Of a DNA stretch of 64,000 nucleotides, positions 1 through 11,838 are shown piece after piece (the first letter of the stretch is position 1; each line of letters begins with the position of its first letter). Below the pieces are notes generated by a model, which ran no database searches, was not told the DNA's origin, and was given only the letters and a program-made list of their open reading frames with translations. The stretch lies in assembly GCA_030704615.1 (NCBI GenBank), contig CM060732.1, positions 15,996,001 through 16,060,000 on the forward strand. The letters run 5' to 3'. Origin of the DNA: Takakia lepidozioides. Taxonomy: Eukaryota; Plantae; Bryophyta. A program made the position numbers and the translations under genes.

Positions 1-379
1 GTTATCTTCCTAGTCAAAGAGGGTTCCAAGTGAACCCTTGCTCAAAGTGATGCCAAAAGCGGCATCATGAGCGGTCGCAAGCAATGTTGTTGCAGTAAGG
101 CGATTCGATCCTCGGGGAGGATCGTTCCTTGGCCTTGAAGTAGGCCAAGAAGAGTGCACTGGGAGGAGCTTGAGAGGCTCCACCCTTGGCCGGGACTTCG
201 GAGGAAGTCGGCCGAACTAGCTAGTGGAGAGTAGAGTCAAGTGTGGGGTTTGGTTCTTTGCCATGGGACGCCATGGTACGGAAACAAACTCCTTGATGTG
301 GGACGCCACAACTTGGATGTTCGTTTCTACAAAATGGACAAGTCGATGAGGACATCGACTCCCTGTTGGTAGGGGTGTG
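1..379 (+). mobile_element. 3' internal end of Ty3/gypsy family A, ending in a PPT-like tract
   Basis: Lies directly upstream of the LTR at 380. The purine-rich GGTAGGGGTGTG abuts the LTR TG. A degenerate FLVK.G chromodomain-like stretch at the window start is weak evidence only. Confidence 0.55.
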
Positions 380-1113
380 TGTCGCGGCCCTTTGCCTTGA
401 GGGCAGGGGGGGTTCGGGACACATGAGGGGTTGCCCCTGTGGTGGGGGCATCGGCAGCGATAGGTATGGGGGCTGAAGCACCCTTGAGTGCCCAAGGCAC
501 TCAAGAAGGCGGAGGCGCTCACTAGGTGGAGCCCCGCACACCGGGTTGCGGTGGGGGTGGCTCCACAAGGGTGGTGGTAGCTTAGCGGGACTTAGTGGGG
601 TGGCATAGGACTCACCATGGGGGCGGAGACCTCGTGGTGGGAGTCGTGGGGAGTCGTGGGGAGTCGTGGGACTCATCACGGTCCATAGGGGCCGTGGTGA
701 GTGGGCCAAGACTCACCGCGACTCATCACCGGGAGTCGAGGGTTTTCGTGGTGGTTCGCCATAAAATGGCATGGCTGGTTGTGAAACCCCCGCGGACAGC
801 TACAGAAGTATATATAAGGAGTAGTAACCCCGAGAACGGTGCAAGCCCGTTGGTGACCAAAAACTAGTGAGTAAGCGAGCGAGCCGGAAAGCGACCAAAG
901 AGTGGGGAGCTGTTCCGGACTGCCAACTACCAAAGGGAATTCCCGCTGGTCCAAATCGGTGGAGGGTTCTTGGGAGAACAAGGGGGACCGTTATGCCCCG
1001 GTGAGCAGCCGAAGCTCCAAGTTGGCCAAGCGGCCAGATTGGGAGTCAGGCGCGCGCATCAAAGCGAGTAACTATGACTTGAGGGGGAGCTTACCGAAGT
1101 GAGGTGCGCGACA
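380..1113 (+). mobile_element. LTR of gypsy family A (3' LTR), inserted into the GGAAATGCGG array
   Basis: Termini TGTCGCG...CGCGACA (TG..CA, inverted). TATATAA at ~809. Near-identical copy at 36563-37285. Confidence 0.9.
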
Positions 1114-2930
1114 CGATGGTTCACGATTTTCAGTCAGAACGGAAATGCGGTACCGCATTTCCGTTCTAGAGAGAATGAAGGTCTGAACCGGACGGAAATG
1201 CGGTGCCGCATTTCCGTCCCTCAGCTCCAAACCTTAGATACAAAACGGAAATGCGGCGCCGCATTTTCGTTCTAAAATGTCGGAAGGTGCGACTCGGACG
1301 GAAATGCGGTGCCGCATTTCAGTTTCCGTGGTTCATGATTTTCAATCAGAACGGAAATGCGGCACCGCATTTCCGTTCCACCTTCACATACTCTAGTTGT
1401 TGCACGGAAATGTCGTGCTTTATTTCCGTTCTGGAGAGTATGAAGGTCTCACCCGGATGGAAATACGGTGCCGCATTTCCGTCCCACAGCTCCATGCCTC
1501 ACATACAAAATGGAAATGTGGCGCCACATTTCCGTTCTGGAATGTCGGAAGGTGCGACTCGGACGGAAATGCGGTGCCGCATTTCAGTTCCGAAGGTTCA
1601 CGATTTTCAGTCAGAACGGAAATGCGGTACCGCATTTCCTTTTTGCAGAGTATGAAGGTCTCAACCGGACGGAAATGCGGTGCCGCATTTAAGCTCCGAT
1701 GGTTCACGATTTTCAGTCAGAACGGAAATGCGGTACCGCATTTCCATTCTGGAGAGTATGAAGATCTCAACCGGACGGAAGTGCGGTGCCGAATTTCCGT
1801 CCCTCAGCTCCATGCCTCAGATACAAAACGGAAATGCGGCGCCGCATTTTCGTCTGAAATGTCGGAAGGTGCGAACTCGGACGGAAAATGCGGTGCCCGC
1901 ATTTCAGTTCCCGTGGGTCATGATTTCAATAAGAACGGAAATGCGGTACCGCATTTCTGTTCCACCTTCTCATACTTAGTTTTGTACGGAAATGCCGTGA
2001 CGAATTTCCGTTTTTGGAGAGTATGAGGTCTCACTCGGCGTCTAAAAGACAATGCCGCATTTCCGTCCCCAGCTCCATGGCCTCACATACAAAACGGAAA
2101 TGCGGCGCCGCATTTCTGTTCTGGAATGTCGGAGGTGCACTCGGACGGAAATGCGGTGCCCGCATTTTCGTTTGGAGAGTATGAAGGTCTCACCGTCGAA
2201 TGCGGCGCCGCATTCTTTCTGGAATTCGGAAGGTGCGACCGGACTGAAATGGCGGTGCCGCATTTCAGTTCCGATGGTTCACGATTTTCATTGAGAACGG
2301 GAAAGCGTGCCGTATTTGCCGTCTGAGAGTATGAAGGTCTCACCCAGTCGGAAATGCGTGCCGCATTTCTGTTCTGGAATGACGGAAGGTGCGACTTGAC
2401 GGAAATGCGGTGCTGCATTTCATTTTCGATGGTTCACGATTTTCAGTCATAACAAAAAAGAACTGGCGGTGCCGCATTCTTTTTCTGGAGAGTATGAAGG
2501 TCTGACCCGGGCGGAACTGCGGTGCCGCATTTCCGTCCCTCAGCTCATGCCTCAGATACAAAACGGAAATCGGCGCCGCATTTCCGTCTGGACTGTTCGG
2601 AAGGTGCGACTCGGACGGAAATGCTTTGCCGCATCAGTTCCCGTGGTTTCATGATTTTTAATCAAACGGAAGCGGTAACCGCATTTCCGTTCGACTTTCA
2701 CCTACCGTATTTGTGTGGATGGAAATGGGGCAGACCGCATTTCCATTCTGAAGAGAGACAGGTTTCCCCCGGACGGAAACTCGGGGCCGCTTTCCGTCGC
2801 ACTGGTGCATGACTAAGATGTCAAAAACGGAAATGCGGTGCCGTATTACCGTCCAACAGGCAATCGAAAGTATCCTCTTCCGGATGAATGCGGAACCTCA
2901 TTTTCGTCATGCGGAACCTCAAATGGGTTG
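1114..2930. repeat. Left palindrome array of MULE copy 1 (GGAAATGCGG-nn-CCGCATTTCC every ~55 bp)
   Basis: About 30 units of the 22-bp palindrome, separated by four cycling linker types. Homologous to 45326-47050. Confidence 0.95.
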
Positions 2931-3305
2931 CATTGTTCGAAACAACACAATTGCGCCTTTCTAATGAGCACAACTTGGTTGTCTAACCGTTTTTAACTAA
3001 CAGTCCTGGCACTTGTCAGGCGAAACGTTCATGTCTGCACCGAGAATACTGCTGGATCCACCCTCAGGAGAAACTGTCAGGAGATGTTATTTCGTCGCCG
3101 AAATGGCCGCCATCATTGTCATACTTACTGGATATGGAATCACACCTGCCACCGTTCATGCATGTAGCTTGAACACAATACTTTCCACTTCAATGTGCGA
3201 CTTCCAATCGTCAATGGACTCCGCAGATCCACTTAGATGGTGCATGTGAGCCTTGGTCTCTGTCGCTAAAACTGAACTCGCACTTGCCACTTCGTGCGGT
3301 CTTCG

Positions 3306-6300
3306 ATGGCTCGAATTCCTACACTATAGTTTGCTGTCCTCCGCAATTTGGGAGAGCCTGGATCCCAAAGAAAGAACGAGGGAGGACTTTGCAGAGTGAC
3401 TGAAACTTACTTTGTTCCAAATTCAAGCTCAACCTGGGCACAGTTTATTTGGAAGAAGAAAGAAGGATGTTCCTGGACATTGACGAGACCATTGTCGTGC
3501 AGGTAACGACGGAGGTTGCGGAATCACATTGCACGTACCCCCATCACACCATCCTGTACAAGCTGTGGGAATGCCCATTCCCTTTCCGAAATCAGTCGCT
3601 GCCACACCATCCACAAATGAGTCGGGAAACCTACAGGCGGCCACTGCCAATAGAGAGGTATGCAACGATAATCATTCCCGACTGGGGGGACCGTCAAGAC
3701 CCTCCATAGCTTCTCGTGTGACGTATTCGACTTTCCTCCGACGAGGAAGATGAGTGCATTGAGGTCCCCATGTCCTCCACACGGTCGTTCAAATCCGACA
3801 TGGAACGTCTCTGCAGGTGCTACGCATGTACCCTCGAGCATAACTCCAACCCGGTCCATTGTGCAGCTCCTACGGCAACATCACCTCGATGGTTCTCGCT
3901 CCGAGCTGGCTGCTCTCACTATGCCAAATTTCCAGTCAGGAATGTAACGTATCTGCCTCCCAAAGTCGATGGCAATGACATATTCGAGTTCCCACCTGTT
4001 ACTTTCATCAAACAAAGCCTCGGGATGTTAACAGACATGGATCGAAAGCATGACACCACCCCTGTGTGTGACGAAGACCAGTAGCCCGAAAATTGTTGAT
4101 GGTGTTCGTGTACGATACGTCCTTTGTGCGGGGAAGCTGAGGTGCTCAATCCCGCCTGCTTCCACTTTCTCTCCCAAGGAAGGGCGGAGAAACGAGACGG
4201 ATTGGACTGGCACAACCCATCATCCATTCATTGTCTCCAGCCAAGCTCCTCTGTACTTTCAAGTGCGCACATTGCAAAGACCACCGACGTGCATGTCCAT
4301 GTGCAGAACCAAGCATATTACGTAATCAATCATTTGCTCCCGGACTTGACTAGAGCTTGCATACACGTTGGGGTCCACTGCCACCCCTTGGCGAGAGGCA
4401 ACATGCGTGAGGCTATGCAGGAAGCCACACGACATCAAAAAGAGGAGGTGAAATTGAGCCCCGGAGCCAGACAAGCAGATTTCAGCTGAAGGCAGCCCAC
4501 AGATTGCTCTTGCAAAATCATGTCTGAAGATGGTTCAGAACCAAGTGCCCTTGAACGAAGAGGAGATGCTTGACCTGTTGGAGTTCGTCTCGCACGTTTG
4601 TAGTCCGAATGTGCGGAATCACATCGTATCTTGCAAGCAGGATTCGGCCGGGGGTCGGCATGCACTCAATCTTGGAGGTAAACAAATGACTGGATATGAC
4701 TACATCCAAGGTAGCAGGTTTTCAGGGCAAGGCAGCGAATCCGATCGTTGTTACATTTTAAAATGTCGACGTGTGGGCCTGGGAGTGGGTCTACTTGGTC
4801 ACTCGCATGACAACTGGAAACTTTTCCGAATGCTTGGGTGATGTTTGATCACATCAAACGAATTACAAACCATCAGTGGGTGACTATGGGTACGCATGTT
4901 TATGACTATCACTCCAAGAGGCTCATGACGATTGCAATCTGCGAGATGAAAGGGGAGGACCACAGTCGGAGATGCATCTGTGGGAGGCAATAAAACAGCA
5001 GATGGCAAGGGCGGGATTGGCAAAGCCCAATTTCAGGGGATTCATGGCAGACAATGCTCAGGCCAACTGGGGCAGCGGTGCGGCGTGTGTACGGTGAGGA
5101 CCCCAATGTTCCAATGGAGGGGAAAGAGAGATCCTGTGGATTCCATTGGATGCACAGTCTATCTCACTACACTACCAAATTTGTTGCTAGCTCATTCCAG
5201 GCTGAACACCGTGTCCTTTGTACGGCGTGGAAGGATGCACCCACATTTGATGACGCGGAGGTTAAGTTTGCTATCATCGAAGGCTTGGTGGAACACGTCA
5301 GGTGCAGTGGAGACAACCAATTTGGGAGCCTTGCACAGCTGGTTGGGGTGGTGGCATTTCCGGTATTGACAGAAAGACTATACATGCGGGAGGTATGATG
5401 TTGTTATTTTTGTGCAATTGTTTTTCTATTACGGACCTTTCCATTGGTCCCTCACCATTGTTTGTGTCCTTGTAGGAGTGGTGCTTGGATTCCGACACGG
5501 ACATGCCGAACACGAATATGGCAAAATCAGTCCACTCCTCCTGGCGAGCGTCTTCTGCCGCACATCTGGTGGACGTAGTGACGGCCACAACGGAGGACAT
5601 CGACAAAGCAATCATGCAGCAAGCCACGTACTACAAGTTCCTGAGCAGAAAACAATGGGGCTTTGGGCCGGACAGGGAGGAATTGTTGGTACGAACAGCT
5701 TCAAGGTCGAAGAATCCACTGAAATGGGCGACATCATTGCGAGAGAAGATCAAAGGGACGCCTCTGCACCGCAGAGGTGAACACCTAGAGGGGGACGTCC
5801 ATACTCGCCCTGTGAGGCGGAGGATTGAAGAGGAACCCGGGTGCAAAGAGGATTCCTGGAGATCCGACAGGAACATTCGGACAACACCTCGAGATCCCGT
5901 CATGTTGCCGCACAATGTGTCTTCCAACAGTGGAAGCCCAAGAAATTCCAGATCGCCATCGCCTTCAAGCGGGGATTCCGTGCGAGAAATTCCCACCGCT
6001 CGCTTGCCCCAGATTCCGCCCGCTGTTATGCAGTATGGCCAAGCCATTGTGGAGACGACTGTGTCTGCGTCACAGTGGAGAATTGCTTGCACAAAGCCGT
6101 CGTTTCGAGGCAGGTGTTCCGCAATTCGAGTGGATACACGGCAACGTTGTTTAGAGATGATAAGGAGGAATCCAGATGGGGCTGTCCCTGCTCCTACTTT
6201 TACAGGAAGATTTGTCCATGCAAAGTTTGCGGAGGCGACAACCACCCTGTTCTAGTTCTGCAGGCACGACATTATGACTTGTGTGTATGGAAAGCCCAAG

Positions 6301-6905
6301 TACGGCATACAAACAATGCCAGAGGCTCCCCCGGTGTGGCCGGTGGAACCAGGCTGCGATCTGAGTCAGGTTGAGGCCGACGCCCTTACCGCCGCAGGAT
6401 TTTGGATGGTGCAGCGCACTGACGTCCCCAGACAACCATTTCCGCTTCCACGACCTCCACCACCAACCCTGTGAGAGCAAGAACAATGGGACACGATAGC
6501 TCTAAGCATCCTACACACCGTTGGGGGAAACCGAAGAGGCGGCGACCTCCCTCAAAAGTGAACGAGACAAGGATGGGGAATGCACTTTGGATGAACTATA
6601 CAATCTAGAGCTCGACAAAAGTGCCCCCACCAGGCTTCGGGCGTGTGTATCAGATGGCCACGACAGGCTCAGCTGTTCGCAATGAGGTGTACACCATCAC
6701 CATTTCAGAATTACCCACCTGCAATTGCACCGACTTCCAGATCATGGCGAACAAGGGGGCATCATACTGCCCTTGCAAGCATCTGTACTACGTGTACCTA
6801 AAGAGACTCCGGTGTAATTCCACAACTCATCACTTCATACATGCACCAGGGTTGAGCCCCCAAGAGGTGCACACTCTTCTGAATATGGATCCAGGGGACC
6901 AGTGA
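3306..6905 (+). pseudogene. Mutator-like DDE transposase (GCM-like N-domain, SWIM C-terminus), copy 1, disrupted
   Basis: Motifs MFDH, MADNAQA and CGFHW. NMAKS replaces the catalytic E with K relative to copy 2. Intron 5393-5475 (GT..AG). SWIM CNC..CKH at ~6720-6783. Many frameshifts and stops. Confidence 0.85.
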
Positions 6906-7882
6906 GCTTGGCTTGCGGTCCCAACACAATGGTACGCCCAGCCTTTTCGGATAGTAGAATTGTACTGCTGCAAGTAGCTCTGACTCTGGCCACAGAAAGG
7001 TCTAGAGGTACTTGCAGTAGTACAGGTTTACTATAACTGAAACTCCGAAAAGGATGGGCGTAACATTGTCTTGTGCCCCGCAAGCCAAGCTCACTGGTCC
7101 CCTGGATCCATATTCAGAAGAGTGTACATCTCGTCGGGGCTCAATGCTAGTGCATGTATGAAGTGATGAGTTGTGGAATTACACCGGAGTCTCTTTAGGT
7201 ACACGTAGTACAGATGCTTGCAAGGGCAGTATGATGCCCCCTTCTGATCTGGAAGTCGATGCAATTACAGGTGGGTAATTCTGAAATGGTGATGGTATAC
7301 ACCTCATTGCGGACAACTGAGCCTGCCATGGCCATATGATACACACGCCCGAAGCCTGGTGGGGGCACTTTTGTTGAGCTCTAGATTGTATAGTTTATCC
7401 CAAGTGCATTCCCCATCCTTGTCTTGTTCACTTTTGAGGGAGATCGCCGTCTCTTCGGTTTTCCCCAACGGTGTGTAGGATGCTTAGAGTTGTCACGTAC
7501 GTTTGTTCTTGCTCTCATAGGGGTCGGTGGTAGAGGCTGTGGAACCGGAAATGGTTGTCTGGGGACGTCAGTGCGCTGCACCATCCAAAATCCTGCTGCA
7601 GTAAGGGCATCGGCCTCAACCTGACTCAAATTGTATCCCGGTTCCACCGGCCACACCGGGGGAGCCTCTGGCATTGTTTGTATGCCGTACTTGGGCTTTC
7701 CATATACACAAGTCATAATGTCATGCCTACAGAACCAGAACAGGGTCGTCGTCGCCTCCGCAAATTTTGCATGGACAAATCTTCCCGTGAAAGTAGGAGC
7801 AGGGACAGCCCCAACTGGGTTCCTTCTTATCATCTATCCACAATGTTGTCGTGTATCACTCGAATTGCAGAATACTTGCCTC
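6107..7882. repeat. ~0.9-kb inverted duplication (fold-back) of the transposase 3' end
   Basis: 7004-7882 is the reverse complement of 6107-6980, with a ~20-bp loop. ORF 7381..7833(-) repeats the protein encoded at ~6160-6600(+). Confidence 0.95.
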
Positions 7883-8099
7883 ATATGGGGTGCCGCAGAC
7901 TGACACCGAATTTGATCCACCGAGGAGCGAGTATGGGTGGATGTCAAGGGGACGGAACTCCGACGATGCATTTTCGTCCAAGCTGCCATCAACATGTACC
8001 CCTTCAGTGGATTTTGGGGAAGTGAGGTGGGCGGACTGCCATTCGAGCTTGCGATGGGGACGGTCGTCCCCACTACCACTTACTGTTGCCTTCATGACA

Positions 8100-9760
8100 A
8101 TGGGACAAAAATGCCGCACCGCATATCCGTTCAGACAGCCATACACCCTTGCCTTCATGACAGAGGGGACGGAAATGTGGTGCCGCATTTCCGTCCAGAC
8201 TGCCATTAGACCTTGCCTTCATGACAGTGGGGATGGATATGCGGTGCCGCATTTCAGTCCCCACTACCAGTTACCCTTGCCTCCATAATAGTAGGACGGA
8301 AATGCGGCACCACATTTCCGTCCCACCTACTATACACCCTTGCCTTCATGACAGTGGGGACGGAAAATCGGTTTCGCATTTCCGTCCAGACTGCCCTGAG
8401 ACCCTTCCTTCATGACATTGGGGACGGAAATGCGGTGCCGCATTTCCGTCCGGACTGCCATTGGACCTTGCCTTCATGACAGTGGGGACGGACGGAAATG
8501 CGGTGTCGCATTTCCGTCCCGACTGCCATTGGACCTTGCCATCATTACAGTGGGGACGGACGGAAATGCTGCATTTCCGTCCGGACTACCATTGGACCTT
8601 GCCTTCACTACAGTGGGGACGGAAATGCAGTGCCGCTTTTCCGTCCGGACTGACAGAAGACCTTGCATTCATAACAGTGGGGACGCAAATGCGGTGCCGC
8701 ATTTCGGCCGTCCCCACTACCAGTTACCCTTGCCTCCATAACAGTGGGATGGAAATGCGGTGCCGCATTTCAGTCGCCACTACCAGTTACCCTTGCCTCC
8801 ATGACAGTGGGACGGAAATGCGGCACCGCATTTCCGTCCCACCTGCCATACACCCATTGGAAATGCGGCGCCGCATTTCTATCCAACGACGATGACTATA
8901 GAAAGAAAAAAAATTAGGGTTTTGGTTTTTTTTACCCGCCACCCCCTGTGGTCGGAAATGCGGCACCGCATTTCAATCCAACGGGTAGAGCTAGAAAAAA
9001 CAAGGAAAAAAAAATTTTGGATTTTTTTTCTCTACCCCCTATAGGCCGAAATGCGACGCCGCATTTCAATCCAACGGCGATGAGAAGAGAAAAGAAAAAA
9101 TTTTACGGTTATTTTTTTTCCCCCTCTACCCCCTATTGTTGGAAATGCCGCATCGCATTTTGATCCTGCGGGGATGACTAGAGAGGGCAAAAAATAAAAC
9201 AAAAAAACAAACTCCATTTTTTTATTTATTTTTTTGCCTTTCACCCCTATGGACGCAAATGCGGCGCCGCATTTCAATCCAGCGGCGATGACAAGAGGAA
9301 AAAAAAAGGTTAGGGTTATTGTTTTTCCTCTCTATTCCCCCTGTTGTTGGAAATGCGGCGCCGCATTCCATCCAGTGGGGATGACTAGAGAACAACCACA
9401 AAAAAAAAAAAAAAAAAAAAAACCCCAACATTTTTTTTTTAATTTTTTTTTTAAATTTTTCCCCCACGGCCCCACCACCGTATGGACGGAAATGCGGCGC
9501 CGCATTTCAATCCAGCGGCGATGACAAGAGGAAGAAAAATGGTTAGGGTTATTTTTTTCCCCCTTCTACCCATTGTTGTTGGAAATGCGGCACCGCATTT
9601 CCATCCAGCGGGGATGACTAAAAAAGCGGGGGGGGGGGGGGTGAGCAAACTTTTTTTGTCCCCACCCCTATGGACGGAAATGCGGCACCGCATTTCAATC
9701 CAGCGGCGATGACAAGAGGAAAAAAAACGGTTAGGATTTTTTTTTTTTCCCCCTTCTATC
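8100..9760. repeat. Right palindrome array of MULE copy 1
   Basis: Same GGAAATGCGGnnCCGCATTT core. Linkers at 8100-8870 contain CCTTCATG (inverse of the left-arm TATGAAGG); linkers at 8870-9760 are poly-A/poly-T rich. Confidence 0.9.
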
Positions 9761-10493
9761 CCCTGTCCTCGCTGGTCCATCTCATGCCCCTTCCTCTCAT
9801 GTCGGCCCCTCTGATGTACGTGCGAGTAGCCTTCCTCATACGAGACCTGCTCTTAGGCCACCACGAAATCCGGGACAAGCCCAGAAACGGCAAAGAATTG
9901 TGCAACCTTTTGTTAGTGACCGACCTGTGAACAGGCCTGATACCCTAGATGGTATTCATGATAGGAGTGGAAATCGACCAGAGAGACAACTGAACGTACT
10001 CCGAGGACGACTACAGGTCCAACGGCCAGTTGCCTCTGGAAACGAAAGAACAGATGGAGATCATGATTTTAGCACTGATCATGGGAACGGGGGGGAAGTG
10101 AGTGGGGACGAAGATTTTGTACTAGACGTGAGATCATACCATCGTCGTCGTGGCAGACAAAATTAGGTACAGCTATAACTTCTGTGACCTGTCACATGAT
10201 ATGTAGTATGTTTCCATGGATATCCATGTTTCAGTTTGGGTATATGCATACGTGTACGGAAATAAAAATGGTGGAATATGTGTACCCAAGAAAGGGTTTG
10301 GTGGTTGTGCGTGTATTTGTGTTTCGTCATTACCTTTACATTGTTAGGGTTTGTTGATTTCCTATTATGGTTTCGAAAGCCACAAAAGCCAGGTGGAGCT
10401 CCCAACATTCATCTTCCCCTTCACAAATCCATGGGGAGTCGATACATGTGCTTTTCATCTGCCTCTCCAAACATACATACAGGTGCAAGGGGA

Positions 10494-11410
10494 CCAACCT
10501 CCTGGTGGTCGCACCTATTTTTTTTTAAACAATTATGTAACCACCAGTAGCAAATAAAAGAAAAATGTTACGACCACCCCCCTGTTGGTAGTCGCACCTA
10601 TTTACTAATTTACTGATTACCCTTGCTGGTGGTCGCAGATTTTATTTTGGGAAACACCTGGGAGTGACAGCTCACAATTTAGGCCCTTTAGTAGTGAAAG
10701 GAGAAAATAACCTCTTTCATTTATGCGCCAAGAGGCGTAGGAATGGGGCACCACACACGAACCATACCACACCCATCAAGTAGCAAGATTTGACCCCAGA
10801 ATCGTCCGGGTCGCACTCAGTGCACTTAACCAACTGAGCTACTGACTGTTGGTAGATATTAAAAAATCGGAAAATTATGTGACCACCCCCCTACGACCAC
10901 CCCCCTGCTGGTGGTTGCATCTATTAAAGAAAAGGAAAATAGTGCGACCACCAGCAGGTGGTGGTCGCACCTATTTGTTTTAAACAAAATCTCTGCGACC
11001 ACCCCTCTGCTGGTGGTCGCGTCTATTTAAAAAAAAATTATGCGACCACCTCCCTGCTGATTTTTTTTAAAAAATCTGCGACCACCCCCCTGCTGGTGGT
11101 CGCACCCATTAAAAAACATAAACAAATCTGCGACCACCCCCCTCTGGTGGTCGCGCCTATTAAAATAAATAAAAATTCTGCGACCACCCCTTTGCTGGTG
11201 GTCGCACCCATTAAAAAAAATAAAAAAAATCTGCGACCACCCCCTGCTGGTGGTCGCACCCATTAAAAAACATAAACAAATTTGCGACCACCCCCCTGTT
11301 GGTGGTCGCACCTATTAAAAAAAATAAAAATTCTGCGACCACCCCCCTGCTGGTGGTCGCACATAATAAAAATAAAAAAAAATATGCGACCACCCCTGCT
11401 GGCGGTCGCA
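10494..11410. repeat. Array of TGCGACCACC-n6/7-GGTGGTCGCA palindromes with A-rich linkers (left)
   Basis: About 12 units at a ~58-bp period. TATAAA follows at 11471. Confidence 0.92.
10775..10848 (-). other. tRNA-like sequence (pseudo-tRNA or SINE head)
   Basis: Minus strand reads TAGCTCAGTTGG (A box) ... GGGTCAAATC (degenerate B box) at tRNA-like spacing. Confidence 0.5.
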
Positions 11411-11838
11411 GCTATTACTAGCGTGCACAGTCATGATGCAGCGCGCGCCCCGAGTGTGGAAGGGGGGGCTTATAAAGCCTTGGAGGCCATTCTCTCCCTC
11501 ACTTTTCTCCACACCAGGACTTGGTAGGCGATGGGATGTTGCATTCCTTGTCATTGAGTCCAAGTGGAGAGGGGTGCTATTGGTTGGGTGGGGGGTATTT
11601 TGGGCCGTTGGATTCTATGAAATCGATGCTGAGTACTTCCCGGGAAGCCCTCCTTTAGTACCCACGTTTTTTTCATTGCACATTGCGTCATATCACTTAG
11701 AACTGCCGAGGGAGTGACACGTGCCTCTAGTACTTGGGGAGGATTCATTAGGGAGTAGGATTAGGTACGATTTAGGAGGGTTGGGAGAGCATTTTTCTTA
11801 GCAAACACCTGTCGAGTAGGGATAAGCCAAAGCCATAA

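Noticed and set aside
217-1102. ORFs within the family-A LTR
   Set aside because: GC-rich LTR sequence with no recognisable domains.
1203-2812. Many overlapping ORFs (TEMRCRISV, GNAVPHFR), also at 8000-9800 and 45300-47100
   Set aside because: These are six-frame by-products of a stop-poor palindromic repeat.
1114-2930. CRISPR-like look (palindromic repeat with ~32-bp spacers), also at 45326-47050
   Set aside because: The spacers recur cyclically rather than being unique, there are no cas genes, and the context is a eukaryotic TE.
9760-10170. Coding-like fragment between the two array types
   Set aside because: No recognisable motif; cannot be assigned.
10494-11410. CRISPR-like TGCGACC array
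   Set aside because: The linkers are mutually similar poly-A tracts, and there are no cas genes.
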